From assembly GCA_965207885.1 (NCBI GenBank), contig OZ242311.1, positions 4,416,001 to 4,480,000 of the forward strand: 64,000 bases of DNA, given 5' to 3'. The position numbers were made by a program, and so were the translations under genes. Positions 1-9,488 of the stretch are shown here, in pieces (within the stretch, counting starts at the first letter, position 1; each line of letters opens with the position of its first letter). The notes beneath the pieces are model-generated. The model searched no databases, was not told the origin of the DNA, and saw nothing but the letters and a program-made list of their open reading frames with translations. The DNA is from Candidatus Latescibacterota bacterium. GTDB taxonomy: Bacteria > Latescibacterota > UBA2968.

Positions 1-340
<340 letters not shown>

Positions 341-342
341 TC

Positions 343-371
343 AATATAACATCCCGTCTCTTATGCGTCAA
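343..371 (-). promoter_or_regulatory. putative sigma70 promoter for tgt
   Basis: TTGACG-17 nt-TATATT on - strand. Confidence 0.55.
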
Positions 372-386
372 GGATGGGTGGTCCTC

Positions 387-1631
387 TCACTCCTCACTTC
401 CCACTTCTTTCACCGCTTCTTCAGCCAGCACAAATACAAACCCCTGTTCTGTCAATTCGGGTAACATGCGTTGCAGTGCATGTAGTGTATTGGGTTTTGC
501 ATGCCCAATACCTATCACAGTGCCTTCATGCCGTGCGTGTGCAGCGAGCCTGTATAGTCGCTTGACCACCGCGTCCTCATCTTCGACGATATCCAAAAAC
601 ATCGCATTGCGACCACCTGGAATACCCATATCCCGTGCAATTGCATAAGCCACTGATTCAGGTGACGTGACACTGTCTATAAAAAAGAAATTCCATCGTT
701 TTACGACCCGCAACACCGATTTCATCGCTTCAAAATTTTGTGTTAAGCGAGACCCCATGTGATTATTCATCCCCTTTGCATGGGGCACAGATGAGAGAGC
801 ATTCTGAGTCAACTCCGCGATCTTTTCCGGCGCGTAATCCAAAAAAATCGCATTGGGACCTGGATCGCGCGCTGGATAGCCTATCGGCTCCATAGGCAAA
901 TGAACCATCACGCCGTGATTTTTCTCAATCGCCTGTTGCGCTATCCAGGCCGTATGCTTCTCGCCGGGAAAAATGGAAAACGTAATCGGCTGTGGCAACT
1001 CACAAAAAGACAGAATCAAATTCTGATCCTGATATCCAAAATCATCGATCACAATGGCAATGCGCCCCGCAAGTCGCTCGAGTTCTTCACTCTGCTCGAT
1101 CCTGAACAAATTGGTCTGCTTATCATTCAACCCCACGCGAAGCCACAACTTATTACCCTGTCGGTCTTCGCTACCTTCAATTACCGCCCCACCCAATTGA
1201 TGCGCCAGATGGGTCAAAGACAGATTGCAAAGAGCCAGCGGCAAAGCATCGGGCACTTTCGACTGCACTTCCCAACGCAAATGGGGATCCCCATCTTTGG
1301 ACAAACGCACCTCCACAATCACTTCAGGAGGAACGCCCAGACCGATCAACACATCTTTTGCCCGCACAACCATCGTATCGGCAAATGCGACAATATCCTC
1401 TGGACCGGCTTTCCATCTGGTTGTCTCTTCGACGGGAAGTGCATATTCGACCGACTGTGGTCGCCAAAAATACGACTTTAGTAGCCAAAAATACGATCGC
1501 GGTAGCCAAAAATAGGTGGCCAATCCACCAGCGATCAGAATTATTATAACACAGGGCACAACCCATAACCGACGAGATCGCCGCTTGCGAGCCATTTCCA
1601 ATGGTCTTTTTTCGGACAAACGTTTCGCCAT
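387..1631 (-). CDS. divergent polysaccharide deacetylase family protein (YibQ-like), N-terminal membrane anchor
   Basis: IAIVIDDFG, HLPMEP, GMNNHMGS, FFIDSVT, IGIGH motifs. Confidence 0.88.
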   Translation of the reverse strand: MAKRLSEKRPLEMARKRRSRRLWVVPCVIIILIAGGLATYFWLPRSYFWLLKSYFWRPQSVEYALPVEETTRWKAGPEDIVAFADTMVVRAKDVLIGLGVPPEVIVEVRLSKDGDPHLRWEVQSKVPDALPLALCNLSLTHLAHQLGGAVIEGSEDRQGNKLWLRVGLNDKQTNLFRIEQSEELERLAGRIAIVIDDFGYQDQNLILSFCELPQPITFSIFPGEKHTAWIAQQAIEKNHGVMVHLPMEPIGYPARDPGPNAIFLDYAPEKIAELTQNALSSVPHAKGMNNHMGSRLTQNFEAMKSVLRVVKRWNFFFIDSVTSPESVAYAIARDMGIPGGRNAMFLDIVEDEDAVVKRLYRLAAHARHEGTVIGIGHAKPNTLHALQRMLPELTEQGFVFVLAEEAVKEVGSEE

Positions 1632-1640
1632 TTTGCAGAC

Positions 1641-2621
1641 TCAATAAATCTGAATCGGATCGGGAATAAAACACAATACAAAAATAGCCAGCGACGCGTA
1701 CCCAATCCATCGCCGGGCGGGATCCAGTTCAACATCGGGATTTACAGGCGGCGGATGATGCCGCCCCATCAGCGCAGCCAAACCCAACCACACCAACCAA
1801 CCAACCCAGCGGGAATCATACCAGGCCCTGAACACGGATTGTGCATCCCACCAGTGGTAAGGCGGTGCCAATAACCACATCAGAGCTAATCCCACCATTG
1901 TCGCCCGAGAAATTAACCGGTGCTTCTTGCCAAAAATCGCATAGACAATATGCCCGCCATCAAACTGTCCCATCGGCAACAAATTTAACACCGTCACAAA
2001 CAACCCCAACCAGCCAGCAAAAGCCACCGGATGCAACATTATCGTGTAGCCCTCAGGCAGATCGCCAATAACCCAGTTGCCCAACCAGCCCGACAACAGG
2101 GAATGACCCAGCGCGAGTGTCCCTGCTGACACATCCCGAGCTTCCACAATTTTCGACATATGCAGACCAGCACTCCACGCAATCACCGACATCACAAATC
2201 CGGCAATAGGTCCGGACGCGCCAATATCGATAAGCGCCCGTCGGTTCGGAATTTGAGATCGCAATTTGATCACTGCGCCCAGGGTGCCTATAAACGATGG
2301 AAAGGGAATAAAATAGGGCAATGACGCGCGCACGCCCCAGCGGCGCGAAGTCACATAATGCCCCATCTCGTGTACGACCAAAATAATCAGCAATGTCGTG
2401 GAAAATGGCAAGCCATAGACCAGATAACGCGGATCAATCAAAATGCGCCAGTCATCGATCACGGGCATAGAGGCCAATTGTGGCGACATGAACATACCCG
2501 CTACCGTCGTCGTGTACGCAGTTGCCAAAAATAGCCCAACATGCAATCTCAAATTCTCCTGCGTCCTGGGCAAGGCTGTCTGCGTGGGAAAATACCGATT
2601 ACCATTCAAATCGTCTGACAC
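1641..2621 (-). CDS. site-2 protease family (M50) membrane metalloprotease
   Basis: HEMGH, GPIAG and NLLPMGQFDGG motifs; multiple TM segments; GTG start after GGAG. Confidence 0.9.
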   Translation of the reverse strand: MSDDLNGNRYFPTQTALPRTQENLRLHVGLFLATAYTTTVAGMFMSPQLASMPVIDDWRILIDPRYLVYGLPFSTTLLIILVVHEMGHYVTSRRWGVRASLPYFIPFPSFIGTLGAVIKLRSQIPNRRALIDIGASGPIAGFVMSVIAWSAGLHMSKIVEARDVSAGTLALGHSLLSGWLGNWVIGDLPEGYTIMLHPVAFAGWLGLFVTVLNLLPMGQFDGGHIVYAIFGKKHRLISRATMVGLALMWLLAPPYHWWDAQSVFRAWYDSRWVGWLVWLGLAALMGRHHPPPVNPDVELDPARRWIGYASLAIFVLCFIPDPIQIY

Positions 2622-2639
2622 AATCACTCCTTATCCTTT

Positions 2640-3524
2640 TCACCTTATCCCCACAGCAATGCGATGCGAATCGCCCAACCCCTGTGATGCAGGCACAAAA
2701 GCGTAATCCACCCTCCAGTTGCGCCGTGTAATACCCATTCCAAACGACAACATGCGCGTATCGTGCCCGGTTTGAATCCCACCGCGCAAAAACAACCTGC
2801 CCATCACCCCGTATTCCAAACCAAAATTAGCACCTCTATTGCCCACCGCTGGCAGGCGAAAATCGGCTGTTGCTATCCACGTGTGCCAGAACCACGCCGC
2901 CCCCACGCGAAACACCCGGGGCAAAGGGGTGCGCACCCGGTCTAACTGCGTCATTCTTCCCCAATTTCGATACGCCGCCCCCAGCATCAAGTTCTCAGAC
3001 AGACGATACAATACGCCCCCATCCGCGCTCATCCCCCACGCACTCTCTGGCCCGATATTTTCATGCAATGCCCGAACCGAAAACCCCACATAAATTCGCT
3101 GCCCTATCTTCTGTGCATAAGATAGCCCTGCATTGAGATCGTAAATACTAAACGTGCCCGCAGGTGTTGCAGTCGGAGCCCGTCGCGCTTCCAATCCTCC
3201 AGCTCCATAAACGCCTAAACTCAGCGCAAGCCCCCGTCTATCATTGCCATAAGCCCAGCCGCCATACCCCTGCTTGATCCCCTGAAACGATCGGTGGTGC
3301 GCCAGAATAAAATGTTTGCCCTGCATAGCCGCCACACCTGCCGGATTCCAAAACGCAGCAGTCTGCTCGCCCACCACAGCGGTCTGCGCCTCACCCATCG
3401 CAGCAGCACGCGCACCAACTCCCTCACGCAGCAGCACAAAACCGGCCTTGTGTGCCGAAGTACTGGCCTCAGCGGAAAATAGGCAACATGTCGCAATAAA
3501 AATGCCAAAAATAATGCGCTTCAC
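2640..3524 (-). CDS. PorV/PorQ-family outer-membrane beta-barrel protein
   Basis: Signal peptide then GARAAAMGEA..AFWNPAG motif, C-terminal VDYAF..LGDSHRI; GTG after AGGAGG (alt. ATG 3539). Confidence 0.8.
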   Translation of the reverse strand: MKRIIFGIFIATCCLFSAEASTSAHKAGFVLLREGVGARAAAMGEAQTAVVGEQTAAFWNPAGVAAMQGKHFILAHHRSFQGIKQGYGGWAYGNDRRGLALSLGVYGAGGLEARRAPTATPAGTFSIYDLNAGLSYAQKIGQRIYVGFSVRALHENIGPESAWGMSADGGVLYRLSENLMLGAAYRNWGRMTQLDRVRTPLPRVFRVGAAWFWHTWIATADFRLPAVGNRGANFGLEYGVMGRLFLRGGIQTGHDTRMLSFGMGITRRNWRVDYAFVPASQGLGDSHRIAVGIR

Positions 3525-3570
3525 AAAAACCTCCTGCATACAAATGCTCCAAAACCCAGTGCATTTTACA

Positions 3571-3665
3571 AGATTAAGCAAACGGACAAAATGTGTCAAC
3601 CGCCCATTCGTAAAATAGACCATCTCAAGCGCGCAATTGACAATATCCATTCTCCTGTTTACATT
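3571..3665. promoter_or_regulatory. divergent sigma70 promoter pair
   Basis: - strand TTGACA-17-TAATCT (3599-3571); + strand TTGACA-17-TACATT (3637-3665). Confidence 0.6.
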
Positions 3666-3691
3666 GTTCAGACGCTCATAAGGGAGGCATT

Positions 3692-4126
3692 ATGGCACAA
3701 GCAGAAACAGGCGACCGCGTCTTGATTTATTACAAGGGAATCCTGGAAGACGGAACCATAGCCGAAGGCACACCAGAGAATGAACCATTTGAATTTACAG
3801 TGGGAGACGAATCTGTAAAAGACATATTCACGCGTCTTGTAAACGGATTAGAAGAAGGCGATTCCCGCACGGTGATCCTATCTCCAGAAGATGCGTTTGG
3901 CCCCTATAATCCCGACTTTGTTATCGAAGTTGCGCGATCGAAATTTTCTCCCGATGCACTTCTCGAAAAAGGAATGCGTATGGAAGTACAGTCCGACCCC
4001 ACAGGTACACCCGTCGAAGTGTCCGTGAAAGACATAACATCCCAAACCGTGACATTAGACGGCAACCATCCCTTTGCGGGAGAAGAAATTACCATGACGA
4101 TTCAATTGTTAGAGATAGTAGTATGA
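3692..4126 (+). CDS. FKBP-type peptidyl-prolyl isomerase (SlyD/FkpB-like)
   Basis: PEDAFG, VTLDGNHPFAG motifs; GGAGG RBS. Confidence 0.9.
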   Translation: MAQAETGDRVLIYYKGILEDGTIAEGTPENEPFEFTVGDESVKDIFTRLVNGLEEGDSRTVILSPEDAFGPYNPDFVIEVARSKFSPDALLEKGMRMEVQSDPTGTPVEVSVKDITSQTVTLDGNHPFAGEEITMTIQLLEIVV

Positions 4127-4147
4127 CCGTTACAATAAGGTAAAAAC

Positions 4148-4669
4148 ATGTGGCGTCAATTGGGAATCATCGCGATTGGTATCGCGCTATCTGCGTGTGG
4201 ACCCGATGTTCAATTGGTAAAAGATGGACACGAAGAATACTATGTGTATTGGGATGACGCCCACAAAAGGTATTTCAGACATGGGTTATACCAGTCATTT
4301 TACGAAAGTGGTCGCCAGCGTTCGGTTGGCAAATACGAACAAGACATAAAAGTGGGCGTTTGGACACACTGGTATGAAAACGGACAAAAACAGGGAGAAA
4401 TGGACTGGGTAGATGGCAAGCCCGAAGGCGTAGTGACAGAATGGTACAAAAACGGACAGCAAAAAAACATGGGGACGTGGGAAAACGGTGGGCGACATGG
4501 TCTCTCGACCTGGTGGTATGCAAACGGAAAAAAAGAAAAAGAAGTGAATTACATAGAAGGAGAACCCGACGGAATCTGGACATATTGGGACTCGACGGGT
4601 GTCATAACAAAAAAGCAGTATTGGGATCGCGGTGCATTTTTGCGGGTTGAAGAGGAAATGAAACGCTGA
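4148..4669 (+). CDS. MORN-variant repeat (YwqK-like) lipoprotein
   Basis: Lipobox LSAC; repeated G..T.WY.NG.K units. Confidence 0.75.
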   Translation: MWRQLGIIAIGIALSACGPDVQLVKDGHEEYYVYWDDAHKRYFRHGLYQSFYESGRQRSVGKYEQDIKVGVWTHWYENGQKQGEMDWVDGKPEGVVTEWYKNGQQKNMGTWENGGRHGLSTWWYANGKKEKEVNYIEGEPDGIWTYWDSTGVITKKQYWDRGAFLRVEEEMKR

Positions 4670-4680
4670 AAGGATCAGAA

Positions 4681-7446
4681 ATGGCAGACAAAACCCTGTA
4701 TTTATTAGACGGCATGGCACTGGTCTATCGAGGACATTTTGCGCTGATACGCAGTCCGAGGATGACGTCAAAAGGACTGAACACCTCGTCGTTATTCGTT
4801 TTTGCCAATACCCTATTGGATATTTTGGGCAACACAAAGCCCTCGCATTTGGCCGTAGTCTTCGACACGCCAGAGCCGACGTTTCGGGACGAGATATACA
4901 AAGAATACAAGGCACAACGGGAAAAAATGCCCGAAGACATAAGTGGCGCGCTGCCCTACATCGACCAAATGTGTGAAGCGTTCAACGTGCCCGTCATCCG
5001 CAAACCGGGTTATGAAGCCGACGACGTAATCGGCACACTGGCAAAAGAGGCTGAAAAATTCGGGTTTACAACATATATGGTAACCCCCGATAAAGACTAC
5101 GCACAACTCGTCTCAAACAAAACATTCATCAGCAAACCCGGACGCACGGGCGACGGCGCTGAGATCCTGGGCGTTCCAGAGATACTGGAACAATGGGAAA
5201 TTGAGCGCGTAGATCAGGTAATCGACATGCTGGGGCTAATGGGCGATTCGAGTGATAATGTGCCGGGCGTACCGGGCATAGGGCCAAAAACTGCACAAAA
5301 ATTAATCGCGCAGTACGACAGTGTGGAGGGATTGCTCGATCACGTCGATGAATTGAAAGGCAAACAAAAAGAAAATGTAGAGACATATAGAGAACAGGCA
5401 TTGTTATCAAAGGAACTGGTCACCATCCACCTCAACGTACCGTTGGACTTTGGGCTGAATGATCTCGCAGTGAAAGAACGAGACGAACAAAAATTGAAAA
5501 CCCTGTTCGCAGAATTGGAATTCAGCACACTGGGCAAACGGCTATTTGGAAATGATTTTAATATAGATCAGCAACAAATCTCGCTCTTCGGCGATGAAAC
5601 AGCGCTGGAAGGCGTATCAGCACACAAAACCATAGCGGATGTCGAACACACATATCACCTCGTGGATACCCCGGAAAAGCGCGCAGCATTGATCGAAAAA
5701 TTGGCACAGCAAAAGGCGTTTTGTTTTGATACAGAAACAACGGGACTAAACCCGAGAACGTGTGAAATGCTCGGTATCGCCTTTTCATTTCAACCGCACA
5801 CGGGATATTACGTACCAATGCCAGAAGACCCGGATAAAAATAAGGCCGTATTGGAAGAATTCCGCGGAATTTTGGAAAATCCGGACACCGAGAAAATCGG
5901 ACACAATCTCAAATTTGACCTCGCCGTATTATTGTGGCAAGGCATCAGAGTTCAGGGACTGGCTTTTGATACCATGCTCGCCGCTTATGTGACCGCACCC
6001 GAAATGCGTCGCGGCATGGATGCTCTATCGCTGGCATTATTGGGTTATGAACCCATTAAAATTGAGTCTTTAATCGGCGAAAAAGAAAAGGGCAAAGAAC
6101 AAAAAACCCTGCGCGAAGTCCCCCTGGACAAAGTAGCAGAATACGCAGCCGAAGATGCGGACATCACCTTGCAACTGTCCGAAGCTCTACGCCCCAAAAT
6201 CAAAGAAATGGGACAAACGCGCGTATTTGAAGACATAGAATGCCCGCTGGTATCTGTACTGGCGCAAATGGAATACGAAGGCATTCGCATGGAAGCATCT
6301 GTAATCGAAGCACTTTCGGAAGACCTGCAGGATGAATTAGTCGCCATCCGACAGCGCATTTACGACCTGGCTGGTGAAACATTTAATTTAAACTCCCCCA
6401 AGCAATTGGGCGATATCCTATTTGAAAAATTGAAACTCGATCCCAATGCGCGGCGCACAGCTAAGACAAAGCAATATCAAACAGGGGAATCAATTTTGCA
6501 GCGGTTGGCTTATAAACACGAAATAGTAGAACAAATTTTGGAATATCGAACATATTCAAAACTGAAATCCACCTATCTGGATATGTTGCCGGGCGCGGTA
6601 TTTAAGAGTACCGGACACATCCACACGCACTACGAGCAGGCCGTCACTGCCACCGGACGGTTGCAATCGCACGGACCAAATCTGCAAAATATTCCCATTC
6701 GCACGGAAAAGGGGCGCGAAATTCGCAAAGCCTTTGTACCTCGCAATGAAAATTACACCCTCTTGTCAGCAGACTATTCGCAGATAGAATTGCGCGTAGC
6801 GGCTGAACTGAGTCGCGATGAGGAGATGCACAGAGCATTTCGGGAAGGGCTGGATATCCATGCGGCAACCGCAATGAAAATTTACGGATTGGACGAACGC
6901 GATGTAACCGACGACATGCGCCGGCAGGCAAAAACTGTAAACTTTGGCATTATTTATGGAATTTCTGCCTTTGGCCTGGCGCAACGCCTGAATATTCCGA
7001 GATTTGAAGCCGGTAATTTAATCGAGCAATATTTTGAGCAATTTCCCGGCGCAAAAAAGTACATGGATGACACCATTGACTTTGCGCGAGAACACGGATA
7101 TGTGGAAACCATGACGGGACGCAGGCGATATCTGCGGGATATCCACTCGCGCAATGCCACCACGCGCAAAAGTGCCGAGCGCAACGCAATCAACTCGCGG
7201 ATTCAGGGCACAGCGGCCGACATGATTAAAATTGCGATGCGCCGCGTCCAGGATGCCTTGTTTGAACGGGACTTAAAAACGCGCATGCTGCTACAAGTAC
7301 ACGACGAACTCGTCTTTGACATGCACAAAGACGAAGCCGATATCGCGATGCCCCTAATCGAAGACGCCATGAAGAATGCCCTGCCAATGTCCGTGCCAAT
7401 TGTCGTGGAAATGGGCATGGGAAATACCTGGCTGGAAGCGCATTAA
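4681..7446 (+). CDS. polA: DNA polymerase I
   Basis: 5'-3' exo (YEADD, GDSSDNVPGVPGIG), 3'-5' exo (FDTETTG), pol motifs (DYSQIELR, KTVNFGIIYG, QVHDEL). Confidence 0.99.
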   Translation: MADKTLYLLDGMALVYRGHFALIRSPRMTSKGLNTSSLFVFANTLLDILGNTKPSHLAVVFDTPEPTFRDEIYKEYKAQREKMPEDISGALPYIDQMCEAFNVPVIRKPGYEADDVIGTLAKEAEKFGFTTYMVTPDKDYAQLVSNKTFISKPGRTGDGAEILGVPEILEQWEIERVDQVIDMLGLMGDSSDNVPGVPGIGPKTAQKLIAQYDSVEGLLDHVDELKGKQKENVETYREQALLSKELVTIHLNVPLDFGLNDLAVKERDEQKLKTLFAELEFSTLGKRLFGNDFNIDQQQISLFGDETALEGVSAHKTIADVEHTYHLVDTPEKRAALIEKLAQQKAFCFDTETTGLNPRTCEMLGIAFSFQPHTGYYVPMPEDPDKNKAVLEEFRGILENPDTEKIGHNLKFDLAVLLWQGIRVQGLAFDTMLAAYVTAPEMRRGMDALSLALLGYEPIKIESLIGEKEKGKEQKTLREVPLDKVAEYAAEDADITLQLSEALRPKIKEMGQTRVFEDIECPLVSVLAQMEYEGIRMEASVIEALSEDLQDELVAIRQRIYDLAGETFNLNSPKQLGDILFEKLKLDPNARRTAKTKQYQTGESILQRLAYKHEIVEQILEYRTYSKLKSTYLDMLPGAVFKSTGHIHTHYEQAVTATGRLQSHGPNLQNIPIRTEKGREIRKAFVPRNENYTLLSADYSQIELRVAAELSRDEEMHRAFREGLDIHAATAMKIYGLDERDVTDDMRRQAKTVNFGIIYGISAFGLAQRLNIPRFEAGNLIEQYFEQFPGAKKYMDDTIDFAREHGYVETMTGRRRYLRDIHSRNATTRKSAERNAINSRIQGTAADMIKIAMRRVQDALFERDLKTRMLLQVHDELVFDMHKDEADIAMPLIEDAMKNALPMSVPIVVEMGMGNTWLEAH

Positions 7447-7460
7447 AAGATGGAAAACAC

Positions 7461-8030
7461 ATGTTCAACTGGCTCAAAAAACTATTCGCCCCTCCTGTCG
7501 AACACCTGCCGCAACTCGAAATGTTTCGCGACCACCTCAATAACCTGCCCGAAATTCAGCAAATTACCGGTTATGCCACACGTACCTATCGTTCGGGTGA
7601 CGAAGCCGCCTGGTGTCGCATCATGGAAGGCAATGTAGGCAGCAACTGGACAACGGAGAAATGCCGAGCACAATTGATTCGCGATCCCCGCTTCCAGACA
7701 GAGAACCTCTTTTTCATCACCCACAACGACGACCCTATAGCCAGTGCGTGTGCCTGGAAAACACCCGGCCAATCGCCGGAAACAGGTGAAGTTCACATGG
7801 TCGCCGCGCACGCAGACCACCGCGGCAAAGGACTCGGGCATTTGCTCAACGCCCTCGTCCTCCATCGCTTAAAAGATCTGGGCTATCAAAAAGCACATCT
7901 CAAAACCGATGACTGGCGCCTACCGGCTATCAAAACCTACCTCGACGCGGGCTTCCAGCCCCTCAACACCCACGAAAGCCACCCCGAACGCTGGGAAGCC
8001 ATCTTCGCCCAGCTAAAAATTAAAAAATAA
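7461..8030 (+). CDS. GNAT family N-acetyltransferase
   Basis: HRGKGLG acetyl-CoA motif; AIKTYLDAGF. Confidence 0.85.
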   Translation: MFNWLKKLFAPPVEHLPQLEMFRDHLNNLPEIQQITGYATRTYRSGDEAAWCRIMEGNVGSNWTTEKCRAQLIRDPRFQTENLFFITHNDDPIASACAWKTPGQSPETGEVHMVAAHADHRGKGLGHLLNALVLHRLKDLGYQKAHLKTDDWRLPAIKTYLDAGFQPLNTHESHPERWEAIFAQLKIKK

Positions 8031-8035
8031 CCTCC

Positions 8036-9034
8036 TCACCCCATCAACGCATTATACCCCATCCCCATCACCTCCTTGACGTGTTCCAGTGTGCGTTGCC
8101 CTTCAATACGCGCCCTCGAACCGCCCAGATTCAAAATATCGCGCACCAGATCGGACTGTTCTTCAAAACCCTTGCGACGTATCCGAAACGGCGTCATAAA
8201 ATCATTCAGCACATCTGCCAACGCGCCTTTACACGTCGTACAGCCAACCGAACCACTGCGGCAGTCCCTTGCCACCTGCTCGGCATTCTCTTCATCAAAC
8301 ACCTCTCGATAGTGAAATGCCGAACACACACCGGGATTTCCCGGATCAGTTGCCCGCACCCGCCCCGGATCGGTAACCATATTCATCACCTTTGCCCGCA
8401 CAGACGTTTCTCTATCCGACAAATCAATAGCATTGCCGTAGCTCTTCCCCATCTTACTCTGACCATCTGTGCCCTTCAAGCGCGTGCCATAAACGCCATC
8501 GGGAATGGGAAACACCTCGCCATAAATCCGATTAAATCGCGCAGCCACTTCCTGCGCCAGTTCAATATGGGGTCTTTGATCTGGCCCCACCGGCACATAT
8601 CGCGGACGAAAAAGCAAAATATCCGCCGCCTGAGACACCGGATATCCCACAAACCCGTAAGGCACCCGATTCCCCAACCCCATCTTACCCATCTCTTCCT
8701 TAACCGTTGGATTCCGCAACAAACGCGGCAACGTCACCAAATTGGAAAAAATCATGGTTAACTCTGCCAGTTGCGGCACCTGTGATTGCAAAAAACAAAC
8801 GCTTTTTTTGGGATCAAATCCCGCCGCCAGATAATCCAGCACCATTTCTCTGACGTGATGCTCCAGATCTTCTGTCCGATCCCGATGCGTCGTCAGCGCC
8901 TGATAATCGGCAATCATAAAAAAACACTGAAACTCATCCTGCATCTCAAACCGATTCTTCAACGACCCGACATAATGCCCCAAATGCATTTTACCCGTCG
9001 GGCGATCACCTGTTAAAACAATTGTGCGACTCAT
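8036..9034 (-). CDS. trpS: tryptophan--tRNA ligase (TGDRPTG type)
   Basis: TGDRPTGKMHLGH (HIGH), YPVSQAADIL, VPVGPDQ, KMGKS; ATG 9034 after AAGGA. Confidence 0.97.
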   Translation of the reverse strand: MSRTIVLTGDRPTGKMHLGHYVGSLKNRFEMQDEFQCFFMIADYQALTTHRDRTEDLEHHVREMVLDYLAAGFDPKKSVCFLQSQVPQLAELTMIFSNLVTLPRLLRNPTVKEEMGKMGLGNRVPYGFVGYPVSQAADILLFRPRYVPVGPDQRPHIELAQEVAARFNRIYGEVFPIPDGVYGTRLKGTDGQSKMGKSYGNAIDLSDRETSVRAKVMNMVTDPGRVRATDPGNPGVCSAFHYREVFDEENAEQVARDCRSGSVGCTTCKGALADVLNDFMTPFRIRRKGFEEQSDLVRDILNLGGSRARIEGQRTLEHVKEVMGMGYNALMG

Positions 9035-9225
9035 GTCTGTTCCTTTCTTTGAACTATTAAAAATCCATAATTTCCAAAAAAAAAGCGCGCCACCTTCCGG
9101 TAGCGCGCGGTGCAAGCAAACAAAGATCGCCAGATATCCGGTGGTGGACATACATCTCCCATTGCGCCTGTCCACCACCAGCGTCTGCCAACATTAAACA
9201 GCTCTGTCATCGCACTCAAAAACAT
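9031..9225 (-). CDS. Trp leader peptide 2 (RRWWW), stop overlaps trpS start (ATGA)
   Basis: Three consecutive TGG codons at 9180-9172 lying in the 5' arm of an 11-bp stem; AGGT 5 nt before ATG 9225 (alt. ATG 9210). Confidence 0.7.
   Translation of the reverse strand: MFLSAMTELFNVGRRWWWTGAMGDVCPPPDIWRSLFACTARYRKVARFFFGNYGFLIVQRKEQT
9076..9108 (-). terminator. attenuator terminator 2 of trpS leader
   Basis: GCGCGCTACC-GGAA-GGTGGCGCGC followed by T9 on - strand. Confidence 0.85.
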
Positions 9226-9239
9226 CGCATACCTACTAC

Positions 9240-9272
9240 AAAAAAAACCGCCGTCAAAAAGCCGACGGCGGT
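9240..9272 (-). terminator. attenuator terminator 1 of trpS leader
   Basis: ACCGCCGTC-8 nt-GACGGCGGT followed by T7 on - strand. Confidence 0.85.
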
Positions 9273-9303
9273 CAATTCAGAATTCTCAAATAAATACAAT
9301 CCG

Positions 9304-9414
9304 TCAGCAAACCCACACAGCGGCACGCCACCAACCACGGACGGTTTCAGACACACGGGGAGCCAGCACCCTATCGGGCGTCGCATCAGTCAAAATGTGA
9401 TCGCGCATAATCAT
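9304..9414 (-). CDS. Trp leader peptide 1 (36 aa, ...RGWWRAAVWVC)
   Basis: GGGAG 6 nt before ATG 9414; TGG TGG at 9333-9328 and TGG at 9315-9313; stop ~30 nt before terminator. Confidence 0.75.
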   Translation of the reverse strand: MIMRDHILTDATPDRVLAPRVSETVRGWWRAAVWVC

Positions 9415-9442
9415 AACAAACTCCCGTGAAATATCGCCAATG

Positions 9443-9471
9443 AAAATAACGACTTCCACACCTCGTGTCAA
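9443..9471 (-). promoter_or_regulatory. sigma70 promoter of trpS leader
   Basis: TTGACA-17 nt-TATTTT on - strand. Confidence 0.65.
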
Positions 9472-9488
9472 GCCGTTTGCTCTTCTTT
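9443..9488. repeat. direct repeat, left copy (partner 12937-12982)
   Basis: GTCAAGCCGTTTG(C/A)TCTTCTTT 21/22 identical at 9467-9488 and 12961-12982, extending degenerately through the promoter. Confidence 0.85.

Noticed and set aside
4148-4669. YwqK-type antitoxin as part of a toxin-antitoxin system
   Set aside because: No neighbouring toxin; it is a MORN-variant lipoprotein between a PPIase gene and polA
9035-9440. T-box riboswitch for trpS
   Set aside because: No T-box consensus (AAGGTGGxACCGCG) or stem I with AG/GNTG boxes recognised; Trp-codon leader ORFs explain the structures better
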